DNA of 64,000 nucleotides from Aulosira sp. ZfuVER01 (GCA_034530615.2 JAVRCV020000005.1:1-64000), one strand, 5' to 3'; positions 22,789 to 34,236 are shown, counted from the first letter of the stretch. Notes: a model not told the origin generated them from the sequence alone. Numbers and translations: made by a program.

Positions 22789-22838
22789 ATAAACCCGAAT
22801 TCAAAGCAGGGTAGTGTAGCCATTTACTTTCAATAGGT

Positions 22839-24488
22839 GTGAGGAAAAAAATGCGGAAAGTATGGAAGTCTCTGCTGACTAGTTCAGCAGTAGGCGGCGC
22901 AATGCTGTTTTTCAGTGCAGCAGCAGTTGCCGGGGAAATTAGTGAGTCACTTGTTGCAGCTGATTTAGAACAAGAGACTGAGAATTTACCTCAACAACAG
23001 GTAATGTCTCAAGTAACCTCAGTATCTCAACTGTCAGATGTGCAGCCTACAGATTGGGCCTTTCAGGCATTGCAATCGTTAGTAGAACGTTACGGCTGTA
23101 TTGCAGGTTATCCCAATGGTACATTTCGGGGTAATCGAGCCATGACAAGATATGAGTTTGCTGCTGGTTTAAATGCTTGTCTTAATCGTGTCAACGAACT
23201 GATTGCCACAGGTACAGCTGATTTAGTTACAAAAGAAGACTTAGCCAAGCTGCAAACACTGCAAGAAAATTTTGCCGCAGAACTGGCGACACTACGTGGT
23301 CGTGTGGATGCGTTGGAAGCTAGAACTGCAGAGTTAGAAGTGAATCAATTTTCTACTACTTCTAAACTGCAAGGAGAAGTTGTTGCCGTAGTCAGCGACT
23401 TGTTATCGGGTAATCAAGTTAACGGCGGAGAAATTACAGATAAGAATACAACTCTTGGGGCACGGGCACGAGTTGAATTAGTCACTAGCTTCACGGGTAA
23501 AGATACACTTTTTACTAGAATTCAAACAAATAATCTTCTCAGCCCTAACATTGGGACACCAGAGGGTAACTTGTTCTTTGCTGGGGAAGATGGCACAAAT
23601 GACGCTTTTATCGATGCACTATATTACCAATTTCCGATTGGTGAAAAACTCCAAGTAATCGCCCTGGCCAATGCTGGTGCAGCAGATGACATTACTGATA
23701 CCATAAATCTCTTTGATGGGGATGGTGGAGCTGGTGCTTTATCTACCTTTGGAACACGCAACCCTATTTATTATCAGATGGATGGAGCTGGGTTAGGAGT
23801 CAACTATGATTTTAGCGAGCAATTGGCACTGAGTTTAGGCTATTTGGCTAATTCAGCCAATACTCCTAATGCGGGACAAGGTTTATTTAATGGTGGATAT
23901 GGTGCGTTGGCACAGCTAACCTTTAAACCAAGCGATCGCCTAAAAGTTGCCTTCACCTACATTAATGCCTACAATCAGGAATTGGCGACTGGTAGCAATC
24001 GGGCAAACGTCGGCTCGTTTCTCGGTGGAGTAGTTCAAAATTTAACAGGAAGTGAAGAAGCTTTTTCCGTACCTACTTCTAGTAATTCCTACGGTATAGA
24101 AGCATCCTTCGCCATTAGTGAAAAATTTGTGCTAGGTGGTTGGGTAGGATATACCAATACTCGTAACTTATCCACAGCCGGAGATACAATTAACCGAGGC
24201 AGTGTTGATATCTGGAACTGGGCTGTGACTTTAGGATTACCCGATCTTGGCAAAAAAGGTAACTTAGCTGGTTTTATCTTCGGTATGGAACCGAAAGTTA
24301 CAAGTTCCAGCATTACTGGGCTAGAAAGAGACCAAGATACTTCTTATCACATTGAAGCTTTCTACCAGTATCATGTGAGCGACAATATCAGTATTACTCC
24401 AGGAATAATTTGGCTGACAGCACCAGATCATAATGAGCAAAATGATAATGTTGTGATTGGTGCGTTAAGAACTACATTCAGTTTCTAG
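22839..24488 (+). CDS. Outer-membrane porin (SLH domain + OprB-like beta-barrel)
   Basis: SQVTSVSQLSDVQPTDWAFQALQSLVERYGCIAGY SLH domain; C-terminal LRTTFSF. Confidence 0.95.
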   Translation: MRKKMRKVWKSLLTSSAVGGAMLFFSAAAVAGEISESLVAADLEQETENLPQQQVMSQVTSVSQLSDVQPTDWAFQALQSLVERYGCIAGYPNGTFRGNRAMTRYEFAAGLNACLNRVNELIATGTADLVTKEDLAKLQTLQENFAAELATLRGRVDALEARTAELEVNQFSTTSKLQGEVVAVVSDLLSGNQVNGGEITDKNTTLGARARVELVTSFTGKDTLFTRIQTNNLLSPNIGTPEGNLFFAGEDGTNDAFIDALYYQFPIGEKLQVIALANAGAADDITDTINLFDGDGGAGALSTFGTRNPIYYQMDGAGLGVNYDFSEQLALSLGYLANSANTPNAGQGLFNGGYGALAQLTFKPSDRLKVAFTYINAYNQELATGSNRANVGSFLGGVVQNLTGSEEAFSVPTSSNSYGIEASFAISEKFVLGGWVGYTNTRNLSTAGDTINRGSVDIWNWAVTLGLPDLGKKGNLAGFIFGMEPKVTSSSITGLERDQDTSYHIEAFYQYHVSDNISITPGIIWLTAPDHNEQNDNVVIGALRTTFSF

Positions 24489-24556
24489 CTTTACTTGTTG
24501 TCAAAAACTAGCATAAAACAACAGATTTATAGCTTTTTGCCTTCAATTAAAGTGAA

Positions 24557-24578
24557 AACCCAGCATTTCTGCTGGGTT
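24557..24578 (+). terminator. Hairpin after the porin gene
   Basis: AACCCAGCA-TTTC-TGCTGGGTT. Confidence 0.7.
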
Positions 24579-25123
24579 GAATCTTTTACACCAAATAACC
24601 GTTGTTTCTCTTTGGATCTCAGGCAATTATTTTACCTAATGCTTTCACTTTGCTGCACTTAAAGAGTGTAGACCTAATTTGGATTGATTTCGCATTTCGC
24701 GTATCCATACCGTGGCATATAAAAGATCTAATTGTATAGAGTAAAGCAACTTTTTTTACCAAAAAAAGATTTTTCTCGATTAACTCTAAAGATACAATCA
24801 AGTATCTATCTATAGAGAGATATAAAACTAGTTTTTGGGAAGATTTTTAAGTATTTATATGCAAATAAAGTAATTGATTTGTATGAGAAATCGAGAGCTA
24901 TGGCTGGTATTTAAGTACAATCTACTATTACAAGAATCCGTTAGCAGAATAAGGAATAAAATACACTATGGATTTTACTTAAATACAAGAGAAAATATGT
25001 GGAAATTACTGATATTTTGACTTTGATTAGTATTCCTATACAAGGGCGGAACGATTTGGTAGTTAGGACTCTAGTCCTGGATTGTGAAGCACTGCAAGTA
25101 TCGAGTCAATTAGTATAAATCTC

Positions 25124-25236
25124 AAAAAAAATGACCAGCCTCCCACAGCTGGTCTGAAAAATATTTTTCCGCGTTGTCTTCTCAATAGAGTAAAAACCGA
25201 GTTGCGCGTTCCCAAAATGCAACGGGCAACTTTTCT
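25124..25236 (-). ncRNA. Putative sRNA, likely an NsrR1 homolog
   Basis: TACAAT -10 box (25249-25244) overlapped by an NtcA-like site, a 5' stem-loop (AGTTGC...GCAACT) and a terminator GACCAGC..GCTGGTC followed by T8. Lies downstream of the NFACT gene; identity is from recollection of NsrR1. Confidence 0.6.
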
Positions 25237-25246
25237 TAACAATATT

Positions 25247-25260
25247 GTAGCAGTCAACAC
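25247..25260. promoter_or_regulatory. NtcA-like site overlapping the sRNA -10 box (repressor position)
   Basis: GTA-GCAGTCAA-CAC fits the GT-N10-AC consensus. Confidence 0.6.
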
Positions 25261-25371
25261 AGTTTTTTAGTAAAAATTTACGAAAAAAAGATAGGGTAAC
25301 AAGTTAATAACCTCTATCTTGGAGAATAATTCAAAAACTTTCTCTGGCGATAAGGGGTCAATTGACCAACT

Positions 25372-25497
25372 CGACGCGGAGACGGTGAGAAAGGGAGACG
25401 CGGAGAGCATTAGTGTTAACTTAAGCTAGAAATAGCTTACATTTTCACTTCGTCACCCAGTCCCCGCGTCACCGCGTCCTTTTGTCCCCGTGTCCTC
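25372..25497. repeat. Short tandem/inverted GACGCGG(A/G)-type repeats overlapping the NFACT 3' end
   Basis: GACGCGGAGACGG..GACGCGGAG facing CCCCGCGTCACCGCGTC..CCCCGTGTC. Confidence 0.6.
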
Positions 25498-27222
25498 TTC
25501 AATCCCGACTCTTGATTGTGGCTTTCCCCAAAGGATACGCTCTTGCTTGTAGATAGCAATTCCTGGTTTGGCTCCCTTGGGTTTATAGACGTGTTTTGGC
25601 TGAGTATACACTACGGGCACTTGGTCACTTTGGCGAGCGCGGCTATAGTAAGAAGCCAGGTTAGCAACAAATTGTAAATCAATTTCTTCAGGGACAGAGC
25701 CTGGTTCTAAGCGGAGTAATACATGGCTACCAGGAATTTCTTGCGCATGGAACCACAAGTCATAATCTCCAGCGACTCGAAAGGTTAATTGATCGTTCTG
25801 GCGATTATTGCGACCGATTAAGACTTCAAAACCACTAGGAGTGCGGTAACGATGAAAGTTGCTAGTAGCTTCATTATTATTGCGGTTGCGGTATTCCGGA
25901 TCTTCTAAATACTCTTGTCCAATTAGCTCATCGCGGATTTCTTCAAGAGCTTGCAAATCCTCAGATGTTTGGTATTTTTCTATTTGAGCGATCGCAGCTT
26001 CTACTTGCTCTAGATATTCAATTTCTGCCTTCACTTCTGCCAGTAACGGTTCTACCGCCGCACGCGCACGTTTGAGTTTTTGGTGCTGTTTATAAAGGCT
26101 TTGGGCGTTTTGCACAGCATTTTTATCTGGCTGAAGCGCGATCGCAATTGGTAAGCCAGTCTCAAAATCCAGGAGGGTAATTTCTTTCATTCCCGCTTCC
26201 CAGTTTTGCAGGTGAGCCATCAACAAATCTGCTTTTTGGCGATATTCATCAGCGCGATCTGATTGCTGCAAGCGTTCAGAAAAGGTGTTAGCCTTCAGCC
26301 GTAATTTTGCCAAAATGCTATTCAGTTTTTGACTTAGCTGATGGCGCAGTTGAGAAAATAATTGTTCGTTTAGCCGATCGGTGTAGTAGCGGTTGAGTAA
26401 CTCTTGAATGTCTTTTGCTGGTGTAATTCCACCCCAACCCATGACGGTATAGCCTTCATCTGTCAAAGCTGGGTGAAACTTTTCATCTTTTAACGCTTGT
26501 AACCATGCTTGCCATTCCTCAAATAATGTTTGCCAATTCTCAGGGGTGAGACTATCGGTAGTTTTGTCTGGTGCTATGTTTGTCGATCGCACCATTGATT
26601 CTACTAATGCAGCACTCAAGCCGCTATAACTTTTGAGCAGCTGACGCTTAATGCCTCCCGGTACTAAACTAACTCGTTCTTGCCAACGTTCTTTTGATTC
26701 GTTCAAACTAGGAACTGGGCCAGTAAGTTTCGGTGGTGTTTCATAGGGTTGTCCGGTTTGGATAGGACGAACGCTAGATTGTTGCTGGCTGACTTGATGG
26801 GCAGCAGTGATAATTAAATTGCTGGCATCGGTGAGAATGACATTGCTGTATTTGCCCATAATTTCCACATAAACGTGGTAAAGCGGACTTTCTCCAGGAC
26901 GACGAGCAAATTGTAAATCAACAACACGCTCCCAAGGAGCGATCGCATCAATCGCTATCAGTGCCAAACCACCCAACTGATGTATAAGTTGTTGGCTAAA
27001 AGTAAAAGTATCTGGTGTTCGCGGTGGCGGATCGCCAATGCAAATGCGTGCAGCTTGGGGATGCCAGGAAATCTCTAGCCAACCCCGCTGTTTTAAGGTA
27101 CGTAATGCTACAGAAATAGTATAGCGATCGCGCTGGATAACCTGTTCTATCCTGGATGGTAGCCAGTGAGCGCGTAGTTCGCTACAAGCAGCTGTAAGGG
27201 TGGTAAAGTCAACTGGTTGCAC
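25453..27222 (-). CDS. rqcH: NFACT/FbpA-family ribosome quality-control protein (RqcH)
   Basis: EIMGKYSNVIL, IGRNNRQND, WFHAQEIPGSHV, KPKGAKPG. Confidence 0.9.
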   Translation of the reverse strand: MQPVDFTTLTAACSELRAHWLPSRIEQVIQRDRYTISVALRTLKQRGWLEISWHPQAARICIGDPPPRTPDTFTFSQQLIHQLGGLALIAIDAIAPWERVVDLQFARRPGESPLYHVYVEIMGKYSNVILTDASNLIITAAHQVSQQQSSVRPIQTGQPYETPPKLTGPVPSLNESKERWQERVSLVPGGIKRQLLKSYSGLSAALVESMVRSTNIAPDKTTDSLTPENWQTLFEEWQAWLQALKDEKFHPALTDEGYTVMGWGGITPAKDIQELLNRYYTDRLNEQLFSQLRHQLSQKLNSILAKLRLKANTFSERLQQSDRADEYRQKADLLMAHLQNWEAGMKEITLLDFETGLPIAIALQPDKNAVQNAQSLYKQHQKLKRARAAVEPLLAEVKAEIEYLEQVEAAIAQIEKYQTSEDLQALEEIRDELIGQEYLEDPEYRNRNNNEATSNFHRYRTPSGFEVLIGRNNRQNDQLTFRVAGDYDLWFHAQEIPGSHVLLRLEPGSVPEEIDLQFVANLASYYSRARQSDQVPVVYTQPKHVYKPKGAKPGIAIYKQERILWGKPQSRVGIEEDTGTKGRGDAGTG

Positions 27223-27411
27223 AACAATTAGCCATTGGCATCAAACGTCGATGCTAAGTATAGAGCCAAAATGCATAGACAACTATCTCATGCTCTGCGT
27301 TTGCCAAGGATGAAAAATTAAAAGGAAAAGGTAATCTGACAGATTTCTGCTAAATACCTTTCCCTTTTTGATTTTAACGATTACTTACACTCAAAAATCG
27401 TTCTAGCTCAA

Positions 27412-28749
27412 TTAGCTGAGTAAAGCTGGTTGTTTGGTAGGTTCCACTGTAGGTTTGACAGCAGATTGCTCCAATGTTTGGTTCAATGTTTGCACTACAG
27501 ATGGTGCTATAGGCTGTTCTAATAGTTGGGTATAAAGTTCACTAAGCTGAGATGCCACACCATCCCAACTAAACTTAGTAACAACACGTTCTCTGGCAGC
27601 TTTACCTAATTCATCCCGCCATTCTGGATTCATGAGAATTCGGTCAATGGCTTCTGTAAAAGCGGGTACATCTTGTGGTGGTGCTAATAAACCAGTTTCT
27701 TCAGGAACTACAGTAAATTGAAGTCCACCCACATCACTCGCTACCACTGGCGTACCGCTAGCCATTGCTTCAATAGCTACGAGTCCAAAGGGTTCGTAGT
27801 GACTGGGAACAACGCATACATCAGCTGCTGCATAGTAAGTAGGCAGAATTTTCTGGCAGAGACGACCGGGTAGGTTGGTAATGTCGTTCATGCCCAATTC
27901 ATTAATAATGCCTTCAATGCGATCGCGCTCGATACCATCACTATTACCTGGAGTGCTACCACCACCAATAATTAACTGGAGTTTTTGCGACTCACGCAAC
28001 TTTGATGCTCCGACGGCACGTACTATGGTTTCTATACCTTTGCGTGGATCAAAACGTCCTACGTACAATACAACTTTAGCTTCCGGATCGATACCCAACT
28101 TAGCCCTTGCTGCTTGACGATCGATAGAGCCAAATTGCTGAATATCAGTACCGCAGGGAATAATATCAATATTACCTTTAGTAGAAACGAGCGATCGCAT
28201 GTGTTGCTTTTCTTGCGGACTCGTTGCCACAATTCTTTCTGCGGTTTCCAACACTTCTTTTTCTACTGCTAATCGCTTAGTAGCAATTGCAGGAATTTTA
28301 TCTATCGTGTTGTACTTGACTGCTCCTAAAGAGTGATATGTATGAACCTGTTTACTTCCTTGGATCTTCTTCAATTGCATCCCTACCCAGCTTGAGAGCC
28401 AGTAGTTAGTGTGAACCAACTCATAGCTGATGCCATTTTCTCTTTGAAATTCCAAAAACTTATCTATAAATTCTGGTAAATACCCAAAAAGATTATCTCG
28501 CGGTACAAACTCCAAGGAACCTGCTTGGAGACGGATGGTTCGACAATTCTCACTATGCTGAACAATCGTTTCTTGTTCCGCACTCACTTTGCGGGTAAAC
28601 ATATCAACTTGCCATCCCAACCGCGCTAGTGCTTCACCCACTTGTCGGACGTAAACATTTTGTCCTCCGGCTTCTTCTTTACCAATTTCAATCGCCGGGT
28701 CCCCGTGAACTGAAATCAAAGCGATGCGTTTTTCAGTGGTAGCGTTCAT
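27412..28749 (-). CDS. spsB: GT4 glycosyltransferase, probable sucrose-phosphate synthase
   Basis: IALISVHGDPAIEIGKEEAGGQNVYV, HTNYWLS, YEPFGLVAIEAMA. The B paralog call rests on recalled PCC 7120 synteny (next to rbpG-prfC-hemB). Confidence 0.7.
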   Translation of the reverse strand: MNATTEKRIALISVHGDPAIEIGKEEAGGQNVYVRQVGEALARLGWQVDMFTRKVSAEQETIVQHSENCRTIRLQAGSLEFVPRDNLFGYLPEFIDKFLEFQRENGISYELVHTNYWLSSWVGMQLKKIQGSKQVHTYHSLGAVKYNTIDKIPAIATKRLAVEKEVLETAERIVATSPQEKQHMRSLVSTKGNIDIIPCGTDIQQFGSIDRQAARAKLGIDPEAKVVLYVGRFDPRKGIETIVRAVGASKLRESQKLQLIIGGGSTPGNSDGIERDRIEGIINELGMNDITNLPGRLCQKILPTYYAAADVCVVPSHYEPFGLVAIEAMASGTPVVASDVGGLQFTVVPEETGLLAPPQDVPAFTEAIDRILMNPEWRDELGKAARERVVTKFSWDGVASQLSELYTQLLEQPIAPSVVQTLNQTLEQSAVKPTVEPTKQPALLS

Positions 28750-29600
28750 AGTTTGTTGTTGCTGATTGTAAAAAAAATCGCAGGCACAGGCAGTTCCAAA
28801 TTTGCGCCTAGCACTTTTACAGGAAAGATTTAAGAACTTTAATTAAACTTTATCTTAGTCTAAGTGGTCAAATATTTTTATGTATCTACTAAGGGGAATA
28901 AATCTTTTGACTCCGTATTTATATTTAATTTCTTTATATATATGCTGCTATATTTATATCTAATACTTTTGATAGAGAAACTTCGGTTACATCTAGTCTT
29001 TGAGAATATGCAGTCTGATAGACATATGTATTCAGAAATATTCACCTACTTTACTTAAATATTTTTACCGAATTATAAGTAATTTATAATACTTTTTTAT
29101 AGGGTATATGAGCGGTAAGCATTTAAAAAACTGTTTATTTAATGAATAAAGAGTTAAATTTATTACAAAAAATATTTTATATATTGTAGTTACTTATACT
29201 TAAAATCAAAGATTATTTTTTTGTTACATAAGATACAGAATTTAGAAAAAGCTATATTTAGCCACTTAGGTAACATAGTTTACTTTGCTAATTGTTAAGT
29301 CAATACAAAAGTCTAATGTAATACATAAAATTTGCTAATGAATTAAATACTAATACTGCTACACGGTATTCAAAAAGCAAAAAACTGATGACGTAAACTT
29401 TTTATGGATTTTGAATAATCCCTTGATTTTTGCCTTACTGTACTAGCTACCAGAACTATATAGAACAGGCTGAGAACGATTAACTACCTTGAGGTCTAGT
29501 TATTCTCTACTTGAGTTACTCTGTAATTTTCTCAATGTCGAGCTGAGATTAAATAGCCTCGTCCTGTTTTGCACAGACACTTCAAAATATCTCAAGTATT

Positions 29601-32600
29601 ATGCTGCCATTCTCCCAAACTCAATTTATGCAGAAGTGTGCGACAACACTATCGCCAGAGATATCAGTTGAGTTTGCAGTTCAAGTAATGAGCCAGCTAG
29701 GAACAGGCTATATCTTAATCTTAGAACAAGACAAGTTAGTGGGAATTTTTACTGAAAGGGATTTGGTAAAGGCGATCGCATCAGGCAACAACTTGAGCCT
29801 GACTACCCTATCAGATGTAATGACACATAATGTCATTACTATTAAAGAATCAGAGTTAGGGGATTTATTTAGTATTATTCGCCTGCTACACCAGCGTCAA
29901 ATTTCCTATCTGCCAGTTTTGGATGATCATGGACAAATATTAGGTGTAATTACACTGCAAAGCATTCAGCAAGCATTGCCACAGGAAATCGATCGTTACG
30001 AACAGCTTGCACAAACACAACAGAAGTCTCAGGCTCAGATTGATAAAATTCTGAGCAATACCAGCACGATTGTTAGCAAAATTAGACTGCGATCGCCTCA
30101 ACAATTCGAGTCTGAATATATTTCTCCCAGTTGTCAGAATATTTTAGGCTATTCCCCAAATGAATTTTTAGCAGATCCAACCTTTTGGAGTTCTCGGCTT
30201 TTACCAGAAGACAGGACTTTGTACTTTCAATATCTTCAAGATGCTGTCGAGCAAACACTTACTGTTGAGTATCGCTGTCACCACAAAGATGGGTTAATAT
30301 GCTGGATTTCCGATACCTTCAGCGCAGAGTGGGAGGAAACGACCCAATCCTGGCTGGTAATGAGTGTGAAAACCGACATTACAAAGCGTAAGTATACAGA
30401 AGAAGCCTGGCGCGAAAGTGAAGAACGATTGCAACTAGCGTTAGAAGCATCTGGAGATGGACTGTGGGATTGGAAAATCCCTAAAGGAGAAGTTTATCTT
30501 AGCCCTCGCTGGTATGAAATGCTAGGCTATGCTGTTGGCGAGCTGACAAGTGAGTTGAGTACTTGGCAGAAATTGATTCATCCCGAAGATGAACCTTGGG
30601 TAATGGATGTTTTGCAGTCTCACCTCAAGGATAGTTCTGTTCCCTACACTTTTGAATACCGAATGCAAACCAAATCCGGTGATTGGAAATGGATTGCTAA
30701 CCACGGCAAAGTTGTAGCTAGGGATACAAATGGTCAACCATTACGTATGATTGGTATCCACCGAGATATTAATGACCACAAACTAGCAGAACAAGCTTTA
30801 CGAGAGCGAAAAGCTTTTCTGCGGACAATAGGAGATCGCATTCCTAATGGTTACATCTACCAGATGATTCGGGAACTAGATGGTAGCAATCGCTTTTACT
30901 ATATCAGTGCTGGCGTTGAACGCACGAATGGAGTGAAAGCCGAGGCAATCTTGGCTGATTCAAGTCTGCTGTTTAACAACGTTGTACCAGAAGATATACC
31001 TTACATCCTCCAAAAACAGGAGGAGTCTGTAAAAACAATGTCAGTATTTGATATTCAGCTACGGGAGTATTCTCCAGAGGGAGATATCCGTTGGGTGCGC
31101 CTCTGCTCAACTCCTCGCCGCCTGGATGATGGACGGATGTGTTGGGAAGGTATCCGACTTGACATTACTGATATCAAATATACTGAAGAAACTCTACGTA
31201 AAAGCCAAGCTCTACTTACAGAAGCCCAGCACATTGCCAAGATTGGTAACTGGGAGTTTGATATAGCTACGCAAAACATCACTTGGACGGAAGAGCTTTT
31301 CCACATATCGCATCGAGATCCAGCACTACGGGAGCCTAGTTATGAAGAGAACCTGCAACTGTATCACCCAGAAGATGCGGAAAAATTACACAAAGCAGTT
31401 GAGCGTGCAATTACTACGGGTGAATCCTACAAGCTGATACTGCGACTTAATACTCAACCAGAAGGTTCTATTCGCTACATTGAGGGCATTGGACATACAC
31501 AATTCAATACAGATGGACAGGTGATTCGTCTTTATGGAACTGCTCAGGATATTACAGAACGCTTCCTAGCTGAAAAAGCTTTGCAAGAGAAAGAAAAGTT
31601 TTTACGCAGTATTTATAACGGTGTTGAACAATGCATTTTTGTGATAGATATTCTCGAAGATGATGACTTTCGCTTTGTGGGGTTAAATCCTATGGCTGAA
31701 CGCTTCTCGGGTATGCGTTCTGTGGATACCCAAGGCAAAACTCTAGAAGAGCTGTTTCCGCCAGAAATGGCATCATCAGTACGACAGCATTATCAAGCCT
31801 GTGTAACTGCAAGAGAAACTATTACCTATGAAGAATGTTTGCCATTTAAAGGTCAAGATACCTGGTGGATCACTAGCTTGAATCCTTTGTTTGATGAACA
31901 TTCGCGTGTTTATCGCCTTGTTGGTAGCAGCATAGAGATTAGCGATCGCAAACGAGCAGAAGAAAAGCTCAGACAAGCGGAATTGCGATATAGAACATTG
32001 GTTGAACAAATCCCCGGAATTTTCTATACTGCACCCATTACTGCTACTACTGAATTCGCTTACATTAGTCCCCAAATTTACCAGTTTCTCAACATTCCTG
32101 CCCAAGAATGGACTGCTGGTCACTTAAATACTTGGGCTAAATATGTACATCCTGACGATCGCGATCGCATCACTGAAAGTGTTCAAAATGCTATTCAGGC
32201 TGGAGAATCTTTAATTACGGAATATCGCATGTTCACTGGTGACGGTAGAATCATTTGGGTTCGCGATCAATCCAGCCTTGTACTAGCGCCAGATGGGAAA
32301 ACTCAGATTCTTCAAGGACTAGCTTTTGATATTAGCGATCGCAAACGTCTCGAACTGGCCTTACAAGCTTCCGAAAAACGATTACAGAATATTCTTTCTA
32401 CAGCCAGTGCTTCAATTTTTAGTTTTCGTGTCTCTGCCAATCAAGAATGGGAATATGAGTATCAGTCTACTGCTAGTGAAGTAATTTTCGGTTATTCTCC
32501 TGAGGAGATCCTCGCTGACAAAATGCTTTGGCTCTCCAGAGTATTTCTTGAAGACCGAGACAAAGTAATTAATTCCCGTTTTCAGCGGAGTATCACTGAA

Positions 32601-34199
32601 GGTACTAGCTCTGTTCAATATCGATTTCGTCATAAAGATGGTTCTCTCCGCTGGATTTCGACCACTTATTCTTCCCATCACCAAGAAGAAACCAATAGTT
32701 GGATAGTTATTGGTGTGAGCATTGATATTAGCGATCGCAAACAGATGGAAGATGCGTTACGCCTTAGCGAACAAAACTTGCGTGAGGCTCAACGAGTTGC
32801 TCATATTGGTAGTTGGGAATGGGACTTTACCACCAATACACGTACTTGGAGCGAAGAACTATTCCGGATTCAAGGTATTGATCCTAGCCAACCTGTACCA
32901 GAAACAGACACTATTGCTCAACGAATTCATCCCGATGATTGGGAACTGTATCAACAGAGAATTAATGAGCCAGCACAAGCAGGCTTACCATTTGAAGCCG
33001 ATCTGCGGATGGTACGCCCTAATGGAGAAGTCCGCTATGTGGAAATTCGCGGGGAGCCGATTTTCAACAACCAAGGAGAATTGATTCGGATTGTGGGTAC
33101 GACTTTGGATATAAGCGATCGCAAACGAGTTGAAGAAGCTCTGCGGGAAAGCGAAACTTTATTTCGGACTCTCAGCGAATCTGCGCCCATTGGTATTTTT
33201 AGAAGCGATATCCACGGAATAAATATTTATACAAATCCCCGTTTTCAAGGTATTTGTGGCTTGAGTATTGAAGAGTCCTTCGGCGATCGCTGGATGCAAT
33301 TTATTCACCCAGATGATTTGGCAATATTTTTGCCACAATGGCGATTATTAGCAGCAAACAACCAAGAATTCTGCACTGAAGTACGTTACATTCTTCCTGA
33401 TTCAACCTTGCATTTTTGTCGCATCAAGATCGTTCCTATTCTTGCTGGACAAAATGAGTTAATGGGCTATGTGGGTACAATCGAAGATATTACTGAAAGC
33501 CGGATAATTGAGAAAATGAAAAATGAATTTATCTCAATTGTCAGCCATGAATTACGAACACCCTTAGCTTCTATTCGTGGTGCTTTAGGATTGCTAGCCG
33601 CTGGAGTTCTAAAAGCACAACCAGAAACAGCCCAACAAATGTTAGAGATTGCTTACAACGATACGGAACGTTTAGTACGCTTGGTCAATGACATTTTAGA
33701 CTTAGAACATTTAGAATCAAACAAATTCAATTTAGTTAAGCAGTGGTGTGATGCTGCAACGCTTATACGTCGCTCTGTAGAAGCAGTAAATGCTCTAGCA
33801 AATGAAAATAATATTTCTTTAGTTATGTTGCTCAGTTCTGTGCAGATATGGGTAGACCCCGATCGCATTATCCAAACCCTAGTCAACTTAATCGGTAATG
33901 CCATCAAATTTTCGCCAACAAATAGTACAGTGGCGGTGAGTGTGGAAGATGGAAGCGATCGCGTTTTATTTAAAGTGCAAGACCAAGGGAGAGGGATACC
34001 TGATAATAAGTTAGAAAGTATTTTTGGACGGTTTCACCAGGTTGATGCTAGCGATTCACGACAAAAAGGAGGAACAGGTTTAGGGCTAGCTATTTGTCGT
34101 GGTATCATTCAACAGCATGGCGGTACAATTTGGGCCAAAAGTGTTTTAGGAGAAGGTAGTATTTTTTATTTTACAATTCCTAAAATATTAGAAAGCTGA
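29601..34199 (+). CDS. Cytoplasmic sensor histidine kinase: CBS pair + about nine PAS/PAC domains + HisKA + HATPase
   Basis: LVGIFTERDLVK (CBS), repeated HPDD/DISDRK PAS-PAC motifs, SHELRTPL, NAIKF, DQGRGI, GGTGLGL. Confidence 0.95.
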   Translation: MLPFSQTQFMQKCATTLSPEISVEFAVQVMSQLGTGYILILEQDKLVGIFTERDLVKAIASGNNLSLTTLSDVMTHNVITIKESELGDLFSIIRLLHQRQISYLPVLDDHGQILGVITLQSIQQALPQEIDRYEQLAQTQQKSQAQIDKILSNTSTIVSKIRLRSPQQFESEYISPSCQNILGYSPNEFLADPTFWSSRLLPEDRTLYFQYLQDAVEQTLTVEYRCHHKDGLICWISDTFSAEWEETTQSWLVMSVKTDITKRKYTEEAWRESEERLQLALEASGDGLWDWKIPKGEVYLSPRWYEMLGYAVGELTSELSTWQKLIHPEDEPWVMDVLQSHLKDSSVPYTFEYRMQTKSGDWKWIANHGKVVARDTNGQPLRMIGIHRDINDHKLAEQALRERKAFLRTIGDRIPNGYIYQMIRELDGSNRFYYISAGVERTNGVKAEAILADSSLLFNNVVPEDIPYILQKQEESVKTMSVFDIQLREYSPEGDIRWVRLCSTPRRLDDGRMCWEGIRLDITDIKYTEETLRKSQALLTEAQHIAKIGNWEFDIATQNITWTEELFHISHRDPALREPSYEENLQLYHPEDAEKLHKAVERAITTGESYKLILRLNTQPEGSIRYIEGIGHTQFNTDGQVIRLYGTAQDITERFLAEKALQEKEKFLRSIYNGVEQCIFVIDILEDDDFRFVGLNPMAERFSGMRSVDTQGKTLEELFPPEMASSVRQHYQACVTARETITYEECLPFKGQDTWWITSLNPLFDEHSRVYRLVGSSIEISDRKRAEEKLRQAELRYRTLVEQIPGIFYTAPITATTEFAYISPQIYQFLNIPAQEWTAGHLNTWAKYVHPDDRDRITESVQNAIQAGESLITEYRMFTGDGRIIWVRDQSSLVLAPDGKTQILQGLAFDISDRKRLELALQASEKRLQNILSTASASIFSFRVSANQEWEYEYQSTASEVIFGYSPEEILADKMLWLSRVFLEDRDKVINSRFQRSITEGTSSVQYRFRHKDGSLRWISTTYSSHHQEETNSWIVIGVSIDISDRKQMEDALRLSEQNLREAQRVAHIGSWEWDFTTNTRTWSEELFRIQGIDPSQPVPETDTIAQRIHPDDWELYQQRINEPAQAGLPFEADLRMVRPNGEVRYVEIRGEPIFNNQGELIRIVGTTLDISDRKRVEEALRESETLFRTLSESAPIGIFRSDIHGINIYTNPRFQGICGLSIEESFGDRWMQFIHPDDLAIFLPQWRLLAANNQEFCTEVRYILPDSTLHFCRIKIVPILAGQNELMGYVGTIEDITESRIIEKMKNEFISIVSHELRTPLASIRGALGLLAAGVLKAQPETAQQMLEIAYNDTERLVRLVNDILDLEHLESNKFNLVKQWCDAATLIRRSVEAVNALANENNISLVMLLSSVQIWVDPDRIIQTLVNLIGNAIKFSPTNSTVAVSVEDGSDRVLFKVQDQGRGIPDNKLESIFGRFHQVDASDSRQKGGTGLGLAICRGIIQQHGGTIWAKSVLGEGSIFYFTIPKILES

Positions 34200-34236
34200 T
34201 GCAAAATTTATTTACCAATTCCTATAAAAACTACGC

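Noticed and set aside
24619..25260. ORFs 24619-24801 and 25063-25260
   Set aside because: No RBS or motifs; the latter coincides with the sRNA promoter, body and terminator.
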